Assembly: GCA_023381615.1 (NCBI GenBank)
Contig: JAMCQL010000065.1
Coordinates: 15,424 to 79,423, forward strand
Source of the DNA: Bacteroidota bacterium
GTDB lineage: Bacteria > Bacteroidota > Ignavibacteria > Kryptoniales > JAKASW01
DNA: 64,000 nt
Direction of reading: 5' to 3'
Position numbers and translations under genes: made by a program. This document shows, piece by piece, positions 40,013 to 50,557 of the stretch; the stretch's first letter is position 1; each line of letters begins with the position of its first letter. A model generated the notes under the pieces. The model did no database searches, was not told the origin of the DNA, and saw only the letters and a list, made by a program, of their open reading frames with translations.

Positions 40013-41263
40013 ATGACAGATAGAATCCTTCGGTCGCCAGAGGCTTTGCTGAAGGCGTGCCTTTCGCTTTCAAGAAAAGTCTTCCCGGAAATTGTAAAAC
40101 TAAGACGCCAACTCCATCAGTATCCCGAGCTGGCTTTTCAGGAAATCAATACGGGAAAACTTATTGCACAAGAGCTTAGTAAACTCGACATCCGCGTGAA
40201 AAAGGGAGTCGGAAAAACCGGGCTTGTCGGAATTCTTAAAGGCAACGGAAATGCGGGAGTAGTCGCGCTGCGCGCCGACATGGACGCTTTGCCAATCATT
40301 GAAGAAAGCGGCGTTCCCTTCACAAGTAAAAACACCGGCAAGATGCACGCCTGCGGACACGATGCTCACATGGCTATGCTCATCGGAGCGGCAAAGATTT
40401 TGTCTCAACTCAAGAATGAAATCCGCGGCACCGTGAAATTCATTTTCCAACCGAGCGAGGAAAAAAATCCGGGCGGCGCACCATCAATGATAAAAGACGG
40501 CGCTCTCTCCGATCCGGATGTGGATGTTATTTTCGGACAGCACATTACCGCTGATATTCCTGCCGGCAAGTTCGGATTCAGAGCAGGTCCACTGTTGGCG
40601 TCGGCAGACGAGATTTATTTTACTGTCATCGGAAAAGGCGGGCACGGCGCAAAGCCTCATGAAACCATTGATCCCGTTTTAATTGCCGCGCAGATTATCA
40701 CTTCACTGCAAAGCGTCATAAGCCGCATGAGAGATCCGCTCGAGCCATCGGTTCTTACAATTGGCTCGATCCACGGCGGAACTGCCCCGAACGTTATCCC
40801 GGACTCCGTAAAACTCTCCGGAACTTTGAGAACGATGAACGAAGTGTGGCGGAAGAAGGCACTCGGACTCATAAAACGAACGGCTGAAGATTGCGCAAAA
40901 AGCTTCGGAGGAAAATGCAAAGTGGAAATCAGCCACGGCTATCCTGTTCTCGTGAATTCGGAGAAGGAAACCGAACAAGCCCGAAGCTCCGCCGAATCGC
41001 TTTTCGGTAGAAGTTCTGTTTTGCCGGTGCCGCCGGTAATGGGCGCAGAAGATTTTGCTTACTTCCTGCAAAAAATACCGGGGACATTTTGGTGGATAGG
41101 AGCCGGCAACAAGAAGAGTGGCGCAGCCGCGTCAATTCATAACTCGAAGTTTAAGATCGACGAAACCGCGATGATGCACGGTTCAGCTTTCCTTGCTTAT
41201 CTCACCATCGAATACTTGTCCCAAAGGGATCCATTCGGAAAGCAGCGTGAACGCAGCCGCTAA
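40013..41263 (+). CDS. M20D family amidohydrolase
   Basis: LHQYPEL, RADMDALP, MHACGHD, FQPSEE, GAEDF. Confidence 0.93.
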   Translation: MTDRILRSPEALLKACLSLSRKVFPEIVKLRRQLHQYPELAFQEINTGKLIAQELSKLDIRVKKGVGKTGLVGILKGNGNAGVVALRADMDALPIIEESGVPFTSKNTGKMHACGHDAHMAMLIGAAKILSQLKNEIRGTVKFIFQPSEEKNPGGAPSMIKDGALSDPDVDVIFGQHITADIPAGKFGFRAGPLLASADEIYFTVIGKGGHGAKPHETIDPVLIAAQIITSLQSVISRMRDPLEPSVLTIGSIHGGTAPNVIPDSVKLSGTLRTMNEVWRKKALGLIKRTAEDCAKSFGGKCKVEISHGYPVLVNSEKETEQARSSAESLFGRSSVLPVPPVMGAEDFAYFLQKIPGTFWWIGAGNKKSGAAASIHNSKFKIDETAMMHGSAFLAYLTIEYLSQRDPFGKQRERSR

Positions 41264-44114
41264 AGAAAACATCTCCAAGCTTCTCCAGAAAGTCTTTGAA
41301 TTAGTTGTCAATTCCGGCGCGGACGTCAACCCGACGGAGTATATTGGAAAAATCGAGCAGCGGAGCGCAGCGCTGCCGGATCAATTCATGGCGCTGAATA
41401 ATCTCGAACGATTTCTTGCCGCAACACCCAATTCGGCCTCCATTTTATCGGACTTCTCGAAGAACGAAAAACTTCTTGGCGATTTCATGAATATCGTTTC
41501 AACGAGCCAGTACCTCGCAGATATTTTCGTGCAGCACCCTTCGTATTTTCGTTACCTGTTTTCTCCGTTAGGAATAGAATCCCAGCTCAATCCCGACTTC
41601 CTGCTTTCTGAACTTTCGAGGCAAGCTGAGATATACAAAGATGTCTCTCATAAAAGCGATTACATCAGAAGAATTTACAAACGCGAAATACTTAGAATCG
41701 GCGGGCGCGACATTTGCGGCCGGGATAATATCATAGACACCACGCTGCAAATTTCACAATTGGCTGAATCGATTCTGAGAGTCTCTTTCGAAATAACTGC
41801 TGATGAGTTCAAAGAAAAACGTGGGATTTCTCCGCCACAGATAAGTTGTATTGCGCTCGGAAAATTTGGCGGCAGCGAACTCAATTACAGTTCCGACATC
41901 GATTTACTTTTTCTTTATTCCGTGGCACAGGACAAAAGCGACCACGATGCTTCGGAACAGGCGAACTATTTCGTGAGCCGGTTGATAAAACATCTAACGT
42001 CGGAATCTGTCGAGGGACATCTCTACAGGATTGATTTGCGGCTTCGCCCTGACGGCGCCGCCGGTGCAGTGGCGCAAAGTCTCGAGAGCGCAATTGCTTA
42101 TTATGAATCTCGCGGCGAACTCTGGGAAAGACAGATGCTGATCAAAGCGCGGCATGCTGCGGGAGACGAAACAGTCAGCCAGACATTCTTGAATCATCTT
42201 AGGCCGTTTATTTACCCGCGAACTTGGCTGGAAAATCCTCTCGACGAAATCCCGCGGATGAAGATCCGAATCGAGACCGCCAATCAGAGTGAACTGAACA
42301 TTAAACTTCGCCGCGGCGGAATTCGCGACATTGAGTTTATCGTGCAGGCGCTGCAATTACTCAATGGCGGCTCGCGTCCGAATATTCAAACCGGCAGCAC
42401 ACTAAACGCGATCACGCTCCTCGAGAAAAGCAAGATCATAAACAAGCAAGAGGCTTCCCTGCTTTCCAACGCTTACAAATTTTTCAGGCTGGTGGAACAC
42501 AGGCTTCAGCTTTTCAAAAACCTTCAGACGCACACTTTGCCATCAGACGCGGCGGAATTCAGAAATTTGTCGAAACGGTGCGGTTACAAGAACGAACGAA
42601 AGTTTAGGAATGAACTGTTCGGGTACTTCGACGCTGTCGCAAATTTATTCAACAACGTCTTTCATATCGAGCAGTCCATTGAGAGAACAGAGATCGAACA
42701 ATTTCTGGAAGGCTCGATCAATGACCGGAGAACTCGCCGCGTTATGGAAAACTATGGTCTCGTGAACACGGAAGAGAGTTACAAAAATGCTCAATTTCTT
42801 TCGCGCGGCATCACGCGGGCGGGAGACGTTGAGTTCCCCGCTGGAGTAACCAAGGCGTTTCGGGAAATCGCGCCGCAGCTTTTCGAAGACATAAAGCTGA
42901 CAGTGGATCAGGACATGACGCTGAAGAATCTCTCGCGGTTGGCGCCGTCGGTAAAAAGCTTGGAGGTCTTTTATAAATCTCTCGCCGACGAGCATTTCAG
43001 AAAGTTGATCCTGACACTTTGCTCGAAGGGAACGCGGTTTGTCGATTATTTGACGGTCGAGCCCTTGCTTCTCGACCTGATCATTTCCCCGGAGAGGCTT
43101 CTTGATACAGAAATCTTCTTCACAGATTTCTTACCCGTGCCGCTCCTGAAGGAATTCAACGAGATCAAGTTGGGCATGTTGTATTTGCTTGGCGAAATTT
43201 CACTTTCCGAAATGCACAGCAAGTGGACTAACGTAGCCGAAAGATTTTTCGTGCATGCAATCGAAAAGATTTTTCCCAAGAGCCGGCCTGCAGTTATTGC
43301 AGGCGGGAAATTTGGATCGAGAGAAATGTCCTTCATGTCGGATCTCGATGCCATTTTCATTCTTCCGGACAAACTTGCACGAAACAAGCCATCGTTCGAA
43401 AAGAAAATTCCAAAAATTCAGGAATCGCTCCTCGACGAAAATGGCAATCCGGTGTTTTCGGTCGACTTGAAACTACGTCCGGAAGGAAAAAGTGCGCCGC
43501 TTCTGATGACCGAATCCGAATACGCGCAGTATTTGGAGAAGCGTTTGTCCGTTTGGGAAGTAATGTCAATGACGAGGTTCAGAAATCTTTCTACTTCAGA
43601 AAATATCTTTTCAATGATCACGAGAACCGTCGGGAGCTTCAAGCTGACTCAGTCATCTCTGAAAGAAATTGCCTCGCTCTACAATAAAGTCATTCAGAGC
43701 AAGAGTTACTTCGATGAGATTGACGTAAAGTTTGGAGACGGCGGCATGTTTGCAGTTGAGTTTCTGGTCCAGACGCTCGCGCTTAATAGTGCTGAAGCGT
43801 TGATGGAATCTTTTCCGACTGCGATAGTCAATATGATAGAAAAGCTGAAGGATATTGATGCGATATCTGAAGAAATTGCCGACGAAGTGAAAGAAAGCTA
43901 CGAGTTTTACAGAATGATAGAGTTTTCAAATTACGTCTCATTGTCGAAGACGAACCACAAGATTCCGCATGATGAGCGTGAACTTACTTCACTTGCGGCG
44001 CATCTCGATTTCAAAAACCCGGATGAGTTCATGGACAGTCTCAAATCACGGATGAGACGAATGAGTTCCCTGTTCAAGAAAGTAACCGCAGATCTCATTG
44101 CGGCAGCAGGCTGA
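41247..44114 (+). CDS. glnE: Glutamine synthetase adenylyltransferase/adenylyl-removing enzyme-like
   Basis: Two nucleotidyltransferase repeats (GKFGGSELNYSSDIDL...DLRLRPDG; GKFGSREMSFMSDLD...DLKLRPEG); probable GTG start at 41247. Confidence 0.85.
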   Translation: MNAAAKENISKLLQKVFELVVNSGADVNPTEYIGKIEQRSAALPDQFMALNNLERFLAATPNSASILSDFSKNEKLLGDFMNIVSTSQYLADIFVQHPSYFRYLFSPLGIESQLNPDFLLSELSRQAEIYKDVSHKSDYIRRIYKREILRIGGRDICGRDNIIDTTLQISQLAESILRVSFEITADEFKEKRGISPPQISCIALGKFGGSELNYSSDIDLLFLYSVAQDKSDHDASEQANYFVSRLIKHLTSESVEGHLYRIDLRLRPDGAAGAVAQSLESAIAYYESRGELWERQMLIKARHAAGDETVSQTFLNHLRPFIYPRTWLENPLDEIPRMKIRIETANQSELNIKLRRGGIRDIEFIVQALQLLNGGSRPNIQTGSTLNAITLLEKSKIINKQEASLLSNAYKFFRLVEHRLQLFKNLQTHTLPSDAAEFRNLSKRCGYKNERKFRNELFGYFDAVANLFNNVFHIEQSIERTEIEQFLEGSINDRRTRRVMENYGLVNTEESYKNAQFLSRGITRAGDVEFPAGVTKAFREIAPQLFEDIKLTVDQDMTLKNLSRLAPSVKSLEVFYKSLADEHFRKLILTLCSKGTRFVDYLTVEPLLLDLIISPERLLDTEIFFTDFLPVPLLKEFNEIKLGMLYLLGEISLSEMHSKWTNVAERFFVHAIEKIFPKSRPAVIAGGKFGSREMSFMSDLDAIFILPDKLARNKPSFEKKIPKIQESLLDENGNPVFSVDLKLRPEGKSAPLLMTESEYAQYLEKRLSVWEVMSMTRFRNLSTSENIFSMITRTVGSFKLTQSSLKEIASLYNKVIQSKSYFDEIDVKFGDGGMFAVEFLVQTLALNSAEALMESFPTAIVNMIEKLKDIDAISEEIADEVKESYEFYRMIEFSNYVSLSKTNHKIPHDERELTSLAAHLDFKNPDEFMDSLKSRMRRMSSLFKKVTADLIAAAG

Positions 44115-44125
44115 GGGAAAAGTAT

Positions 44126-46120
44126 TTGGAAAGCACGCAAAGGACTTTCCCGACAAAAGGGACTCCTAAACAAAAAGTATCCTCGAAGCTAATCGATTCG
44201 GGCAGACTAAAATTTGAGAGAACCGATTTTCTTATTGCCGGTTCGCTGGCGGCGTTCTCTTTCTTCGTTTATTTGCTCACGATGTCGAGAAGCATTCCAC
44301 CCATCGACGGCGGAGAGCTAACAACCGTCCTCTGGACACTCGGCATCGCTCACCCAACAGGCTACCCACTTTTTACGCTTCTCGGATATGCATTTGTCCA
44401 CATTCCAATCTTTCGTGAAGTTGCAATGCGGGCAAACTTGTTCGCCGCGGCATGCACAGCGCTTGCCGGCGGAATTTTCTATTTTGTGTTCCAGCGGGCG
44501 CAGTTGTTGCTTGCGCTAGGTGAGCCTACTCTAAACAAAAAGTCGATGAGTTCGAATCAAGAACAATCGAAGAATTTTAAGAGCCCCACGGATGACGTCT
44601 CTCCTTTTCGTTTAGCTTCGACGATTGGTGCACTTGTGCTCATCTTTTCGAGGACGTTCTGGGACCAGAGCACGTCGGTGGAAGTCTATCCGCTCCAGCT
44701 TTTACTTTTTGCATCTATTCTGACGGTGTGGCTCGGATTTTATGCGCGCCAGACGAAATCACGCGGGTTTTTTGCAGGCTTGTTCTTGGGGTTAGGCTTC
44801 ACCAACCACATGACAACGGTTCTGACCGTTCCTGCGCTTCTATTTCTGTTGTTCTCGAGCTACAGACAGAGAAAATTCGAATGGCGAATTCTCTATTTCG
44901 TAATATTCGGTGGAGCTTTAGCTTCCCTGCTGTACATTTATCTTCCTCTGCGCGCTTCGCAGAATCCGATTCTCGATTGGGGAAATCCGGATACTCTCCA
45001 AAGATTTTTCTGGCACGTTACCGGCAGACAATTCAGGACGTGGATGTTCAGCTCGTGGGATGTGTTTCAACACCAATTGGGAGTTTTCTTTTCAAGTCTT
45101 TATCCGGAATTTAGGATTACTCTTGTTGTGGCAATTATAGGAATTGTCATTTCAATTTTCTCATATAGAAAATATTTCTGGTGGACGATCCTTCTTCTTA
45201 TCGGCGACCTGATCTACGCGGCAAATTACAACATCCATGACATCGCCAGTTATTTCCTGCTTGCTTATATTGCGCTGACACTTTTCGCGGTAATCGGATT
45301 TCGATTTGCGGTTAACATTTTGCTTAAGTTTTTCCACGGGAATGTTGCGGTCGCCGCTCTGCTGGTTTTGTTCCCTGCGTTCTCAGTGATTGCAAACTTC
45401 AGCGAAGTCGACGAAAGCAAAGATTATTCGGTGGAAATGTACACACGAGATATCTTGACGAGTCTCCCGCAAAATTCTGTCGTGATCTCATACCAGTGGG
45501 ACACTTTTGTTTCGGCATCTCTGTATTATCAAAACGTAGACAAACTCCGCAAGGACATAATTGTCGTTGATAAAGAATTGCTGAGACGATCGTGGTACGC
45601 AGCAGAAGTGCACAATCGTTACGCTTTTCTTTTTCCGAAAGATGATCCTGTTTATAAGGCTTATCAGGATAACCTGCGGCTTTTTGAAAACGATCTGCCA
45701 TACGATCCCAATTCTATCGAGCATAGTTACTCCAATTTTATTCGCGAGATAATTTTAGGCTCGCTGCAGAATGAAAGAGAGGTCTTTGTTGGACCTGAGA
45801 TCGAGGATCAATATCTCTATGGCCTGAACAAAGTCCCTTACGGCTTACTGTTCGAAGTCAAAACAGATACGGACTATGTTCCATATAACGCGGCTGGATT
45901 GGACGGCTTCCGGGCAGCGGAGAAAATACACAGTGACTATTCAAAGCAAATCTTAGGTTTCTATACAAGAATGTCCCTTGCGAGGGCGGCGTACGAATAC
46001 AATCATAAATATCTTAATCTTACTTTATCGTGGCTCGATAGGGCGCTTCAAGTCGATCCAACCTTGCAAGCCGCACAGACAGCGAAACTCCAAATATTGC
46101 AGGATCTTAAATCGAAATGA
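44126..46120 (+). CDS. DUF2723 / TMEM260-like multi-TM GT-C protein
   Basis: D.GEL, GIAHPTGYPLF, EVY, NH, YLPLRA..NP..DWGNP, TPR-like tail. Confidence 0.8.
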   Translation: MESTQRTFPTKGTPKQKVSSKLIDSGRLKFERTDFLIAGSLAAFSFFVYLLTMSRSIPPIDGGELTTVLWTLGIAHPTGYPLFTLLGYAFVHIPIFREVAMRANLFAAACTALAGGIFYFVFQRAQLLLALGEPTLNKKSMSSNQEQSKNFKSPTDDVSPFRLASTIGALVLIFSRTFWDQSTSVEVYPLQLLLFASILTVWLGFYARQTKSRGFFAGLFLGLGFTNHMTTVLTVPALLFLLFSSYRQRKFEWRILYFVIFGGALASLLYIYLPLRASQNPILDWGNPDTLQRFFWHVTGRQFRTWMFSSWDVFQHQLGVFFSSLYPEFRITLVVAIIGIVISIFSYRKYFWWTILLLIGDLIYAANYNIHDIASYFLLAYIALTLFAVIGFRFAVNILLKFFHGNVAVAALLVLFPAFSVIANFSEVDESKDYSVEMYTRDILTSLPQNSVVISYQWDTFVSASLYYQNVDKLRKDIIVVDKELLRRSWYAAEVHNRYAFLFPKDDPVYKAYQDNLRLFENDLPYDPNSIEHSYSNFIREIILGSLQNEREVFVGPEIEDQYLYGLNKVPYGLLFEVKTDTDYVPYNAAGLDGFRAAEKIHSDYSKQILGFYTRMSLARAAYEYNHKYLNLTLSWLDRALQVDPTLQAAQTAKLQILQDLKSK

Positions 46121-47223
46121 TATTCCTCAGTTTACTCAAAGTCTTCGCCATTCTATATCTCGCTGAACTCGCTTTATATTCCTACGCTGCTTATCGTTCC
46201 CGCAGACAAAGTAAGCGAGCGAATAAACTCACCCCGCTCCCAAAAGTGTCGGTCGTTGTCGCCGCGAAAGATGAAGAGAAAAATCTGCCTTCATGCCTTG
46301 ACTCGCTTGTGAAGCTCGATTATCCAAAAGACCTTCTTGAGATAATTGTAATCAACGACCTCTCTTCCGATTCAACTCCGACCATCATCGACGATGTTGC
46401 ACGCAAATTTAATTTCGTGAAACGAGTTGACGCTGTTGAAAACAATTTGATGCGCGGCAAAGCCAATGCGCTTTCTCAGGGAATAGACAAAGCGAACGGC
46501 GAGTTCGTCTTCTTGACAGATGCAGATTGCACTGTTCCTTCCACCTGGATCACAGAGACATTAAAGTATTTCGACGATGCGACCGGCATCGTAGGCGGCG
46601 TTACTCTAATTTCAGATACCGGCAAGCCGGTCTACAGCGTTCAGGCGCTCGATTGGGATTTTCTGCTCAGCGTCGGCGCAGGCGCCGCAACTCTCGGAAA
46701 ACCCATCGCCTGTCTCGGAAACAATCTCGTTTTCAGAAAAAGTGCCTACAAAGAAGTCGGGGGTTACAGAAAAATCAAGTTTAGCGTAACGGAGGATTAC
46801 GCGCTCTTCAAAGCTGTCGCCGAGTCTCGCAAATGGAAATACCGTTTCCCGATGGACAAGCTTACACTTGTCCAAACTCTTCCGGTGGAGACTCTACGGG
46901 AAGTGTTTTCACAGAGAAAACGATGGGCTACTGGAGGCAAAGACACGGGACTCTTCGGATTCCTGACACTTGTGCCCGGTTTTTTCTTCCATTGGCTGAT
47001 TTTATTATCTGTTTTCTCTTCGGTAGGTCTCTTCGCGAAACTTTTTCTGCTGAAGCTGCTGCTGGACGCTTTTTTTGTTTTTCCGACCCTCATGCACTAT
47101 GGAAAAATTGCTCACTTGAAATTCATACTTTATTTTGAGATTTATTACTTAGTTTATGTCGCAATTCTTCCGTTTACTGTCTATTTCGGAAAGGGAATAA
47201 CCTGGAAAGGGCGAAAATACTAA
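46117..47223 (+). CDS. GT2 glycosyltransferase (membrane)
   Basis: TDADC, TED, QRKRW motifs. Confidence 0.88.
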   Translation: MIFLSLLKVFAILYLAELALYSYAAYRSRRQSKRANKLTPLPKVSVVVAAKDEEKNLPSCLDSLVKLDYPKDLLEIIVINDLSSDSTPTIIDDVARKFNFVKRVDAVENNLMRGKANALSQGIDKANGEFVFLTDADCTVPSTWITETLKYFDDATGIVGGVTLISDTGKPVYSVQALDWDFLLSVGAGAATLGKPIACLGNNLVFRKSAYKEVGGYRKIKFSVTEDYALFKAVAESRKWKYRFPMDKLTLVQTLPVETLREVFSQRKRWATGGKDTGLFGFLTLVPGFFFHWLILLSVFSSVGLFAKLFLLKLLLDAFFVFPTLMHYGKIAHLKFILYFEIYYLVYVAILPFTVYFGKGITWKGRKY

Positions 47224-48225
47224 ATGTCTGAATCGTTTGAACGATTCGAGTACATAGAAGATTTTTCAATTTCATGGCGTGAGCTGAGGATACCCCTGCA
47301 CCTGACGCTGTTCCTCATCACTTTATTTACAACCACGCTCGCGGGAGTAGAATGGATCGGAAGAGATCCGTTCAATCTTTTGAATTTTAAATTTGGATTG
47401 GCTTACAGCTTTTCTCTCCTCCTTGTTCTCGGCACGCACGAGTTCGGACATTTCTTTTATTCCCTCAAGCATCGTGTCAGGGCGACTCTGCCTTACTTCA
47501 TACCGTTCCCCATTTTTCCCGGCATGTTAAACTTCGGGACACTCGGCGCCGTCATACGCACGAAAACAGTAATTCCTTCGCGCAAGGCGATATTCGATAT
47601 CGGAGTTTCAGGACCAATAGCGGGCTTCATCGTGAGCGTAGCAATTTTGATTTTTGGTTTCACGCACTTGCCGTCAAGAGAGTTTCTGGTTCATATTCAT
47701 CCAAATTATAATTTCGCGACGAATACGGTTCCCGATTCCGAAGGCATTCCTCTTGCTTTCGGCAACACCATACTCTTTAAATTATTGGAAGTCCTTTTCA
47801 CCAATCCGCATAAAGAATTCGTTCCCCCGATGACTGAGATTTATCACTACCCTTTTCTATGTGTCGGATGGTTCGGACTATTCGTTACCGCGATGAATCT
47901 GCTCCCGATCGGACAGCTTGACGGCGGACACATGATCTACGCAATGTTTGGCAAAGCCCACAGAAAAATCGCGAGAGTGTTTTTCTTTATAATACTTATC
48001 GTCGGTCTGCTGGGACTTCTTCCGCTTGCCGGAGTCGACGCGAACCTTGGCTGGACCGGATGGCTGTTCTGGTGCTTGATCTTATTCTTCGTCATAAAGC
48101 TCGACCACCCGCCGGCGTTAGATTCGAGTCCGCTCGATACTAAAAGAAAAATAGTCGGCTGGTTAACAATTCTTATTTTCATCGTTTCGTTTTCGCCAAC
48201 TCCTTTTACAATCTCACTGAGGTAA
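47224..48225 (+). CDS. Site-2 protease (M50)
   Basis: HEFGH, GPIAG, NLLPIGQLDGGH. Confidence 0.92.
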   Translation: MSESFERFEYIEDFSISWRELRIPLHLTLFLITLFTTTLAGVEWIGRDPFNLLNFKFGLAYSFSLLLVLGTHEFGHFFYSLKHRVRATLPYFIPFPIFPGMLNFGTLGAVIRTKTVIPSRKAIFDIGVSGPIAGFIVSVAILIFGFTHLPSREFLVHIHPNYNFATNTVPDSEGIPLAFGNTILFKLLEVLFTNPHKEFVPPMTEIYHYPFLCVGWFGLFVTAMNLLPIGQLDGGHMIYAMFGKAHRKIARVFFFIILIVGLLGLLPLAGVDANLGWTGWLFWCLILFFVIKLDHPPALDSSPLDTKRKIVGWLTILIFIVSFSPTPFTISLR

Positions 48226-48227
48226 TT

Positions 48228-49031
48228 TTGAAGAAAACACTTTTCGTACTATCACTCAGTTTACTGATCGCTGCATGTCAAAAGGCTGATAATGTCATAA
48301 TCGACAGCTCGCAGCCAATCAACGTGCAACTGACATACTTTGACAAAGACAGCATCGACATTGCCCGGTATATCAGCAATACTTCAACAAAACCAACGAT
48401 TAGCGACAGCTTTCAAGTGGTCTTAAGCTCAACACAGAATTTTGCATATCTTGATGTGAAAGTAGAAAACGATTCCGGCATGACCTTGAATGATGTTTCG
48501 TATTCTACTGCCGCGGGGCGCTTAGTATCAGGAACGATTACGACAGCCTTTTCAAATGTTTACGTCGGCGATATTACCTATACCTTTACTGCATACAACA
48601 AACAGGCTTCACCGGGAGACTTCGCGATAAAGTTGGTGCGGCTTTTCAATTCAAAGAACCAGGCACCCGTTATAGACAGCGTATCGGTGCCTGACTCCGT
48701 ACAGATAGATCCAACATCCAATGTTGTCTTTAATCTTTATGCGTTCGTCCACGATGCGGCGGGCCTGAGCAATATTGCAAAAGTATATTTTAACACGACC
48801 AAGCCTGATGGGACCCCATCTTCCGGAAATCCCTTCATGATGTATGATGATGGTGGTGCAAGCGGCGCCCCCGGTGATGACGACGCGGTCGCAAATAACG
48901 GTACCTACACTCTGGCAATCCAACTTCCGCCAGGCACAGCGATTGGAACCTATGGGTTCACATTCTATGCAGTTGACCGCAGCGGCCTCTCAAGCACACC
49001 GATCTCACGCAATATTAAGGTATATAAATGA
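48228..49031 (+). CDS. Lipoprotein with an Ig-like C-terminal domain
   Basis: Lipobox IAAC; MYDDG...DAVANNGTYT acidic loop (choice-of-anchor-X-like). Confidence 0.7.
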   Translation: MKKTLFVLSLSLLIAACQKADNVIIDSSQPINVQLTYFDKDSIDIARYISNTSTKPTISDSFQVVLSSTQNFAYLDVKVENDSGMTLNDVSYSTAAGRLVSGTITTAFSNVYVGDITYTFTAYNKQASPGDFAIKLVRLFNSKNQAPVIDSVSVPDSVQIDPTSNVVFNLYAFVHDAAGLSNIAKVYFNTTKPDGTPSSGNPFMMYDDGGASGAPGDDDAVANNGTYTLAIQLPPGTAIGTYGFTFYAVDRSGLSSTPISRNIKVYK

Positions 49032-50557
49032 AATCAACTCTCGCTCTTGCAATTGCCTTTCTCGTCACCAGCGCCAATGCGCAATTTCTCAAACAGACTT
49101 ACAAACTGGATGGACTGCCCTCACAGCCTTCAAGTAATTCAATCAGTCAAATATTGATAGTGAACGGAGAAGTCTATATCGGAACTGACAAGGGATTGAA
49201 CATGACCAACGGCGGCGGACTCGCTCTTCAAACGAACATCGGGACCAATGGCCCAACAGGTGTAAGTGTAAATGCAATCGCCGTCAAAGGAGATACAATA
49301 GTTGCGGCAGTTTCGACCACAATGCAGCAAAGTGGAACAACCTACCCTGTGGGCAAAGGGCTCTATGCTTCAACTGATGACGGAACAACGTGGACTCAGG
49401 AGCCGCAAAGCCTTGACTCACTCGCTGATTCAACTGTCACTTTCGGAAATAACGTCCTGACTGCACTTCCCGTTACGACAGACGTTAACAACATTTCGTA
49501 CTCGCTTGCTTTTTATAAAGGTTATCTCTACGCCGCCAATTTTGCAGGCGGATTGAGAAGAAGCGCCGATCTCGGCAAAACATGGCAAAGAGTTGTTCTG
49601 CCACCTGACTATCTCAACTACATAACCGAAGACAGCAGCTATACTTTCCAATTGTCTCCTGTCGCCGGCGCCCTCACCTCGGAAAGCAATCTGAATCACA
49701 GAGTCTTCTCCGTCTATTCGGATGGCGACAGTGCATTGTACGTCGGCACAGCGGACGGAATAAACAAGACCACCGACAATGGCTATTCCTGGTATAAGTT
49801 CACTCACCAAAATCAGTCAAGTCCAATATCGGGAAATTTCGTCGTCTCGATAACTGCTCAAGACTATGGCACTGAACACAACATCTGGGCGGCGACAGTG
49901 AATGCAAACGATCCAACCGAAATGCCGGCTTTGAGTTACACGACTGACGGCGGTGCAAGCTGGCATTACATCCTTGCAGGGCACTTCTTTCACAGTGTCG
50001 CATTTCAGGGAAACATCGTGTATGGTGCGTCTGATGACGGGCTTTTCAGAACTTCAGACCTGGGACGCTCTGCCCAAGTGATTACCAACATCTTTGACCC
50101 AACAACAAGACAGTCGATTTTATCCCAAGCTTTTTATGCGGTTGCAACGAACGGAGATTCGATATGGGTCGGATCAGGCGATGGCCTCGCTATGGGAATC
50201 GATAACGGGACAGGATTTGATTTGAGTCAGTGGCATGTTTTCAGAGCATTCGCCAGCGTTGCCGCCACAAATTCGACGTACTTTTATCCGAATCCATTTT
50301 CCCCGCAGCTCGATGTTGGTAGAATACATTATAATGTCAAGACTCCGAACAGCACGGTAACGGTCAGGATCTACGACTTTGCAATGCACATCATTTACAC
50401 TTTGACGCAGAACGCGGCGCGCAGCGCAGGCGAACAGGATGAAGTTTGGAACGGCATGGACTCAACCGGAAAGACGGTCGACAACGGAGTCTATTTCTAC
50501 AGTGTAGTCATAAATAACCAAGGCCCGATCTGGGGAAAAATACTGGTGGTGAGATGA
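49028..50557 (+). CDS. Secreted beta-propeller (BNR repeats) with a FlgD/T9SS-like C-terminal domain
   Basis: S.D.G.TW repeats; YPNPFSP...IYD...WNG.D..G..V.NGVYFY. Confidence 0.78.
   Translation: MKSTLALAIAFLVTSANAQFLKQTYKLDGLPSQPSSNSISQILIVNGEVYIGTDKGLNMTNGGGLALQTNIGTNGPTGVSVNAIAVKGDTIVAAVSTTMQQSGTTYPVGKGLYASTDDGTTWTQEPQSLDSLADSTVTFGNNVLTALPVTTDVNNISYSLAFYKGYLYAANFAGGLRRSADLGKTWQRVVLPPDYLNYITEDSSYTFQLSPVAGALTSESNLNHRVFSVYSDGDSALYVGTADGINKTTDNGYSWYKFTHQNQSSPISGNFVVSITAQDYGTEHNIWAATVNANDPTEMPALSYTTDGGASWHYILAGHFFHSVAFQGNIVYGASDDGLFRTSDLGRSAQVITNIFDPTTRQSILSQAFYAVATNGDSIWVGSGDGLAMGIDNGTGFDLSQWHVFRAFASVAATNSTYFYPNPFSPQLDVGRIHYNVKTPNSTVTVRIYDFAMHIIYTLTQNAARSAGEQDEVWNGMDSTGKTVDNGVYFYSVVINNQGPIWGKILVVR

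Noticed and set aside
40018-40057. AGAATCCTTCGG and CGCCAGAGGCTTTGCTGAAGGCG at the amidohydrolase N-terminus
   Set aside because: Could be decayed elements, but similarity is too weak to call by eye.
44147-44168. TTCCCGACAAAAGGGACTCC in the DUF2723 N-terminus
   Set aside because: Only a partial stem; insufficient evidence.
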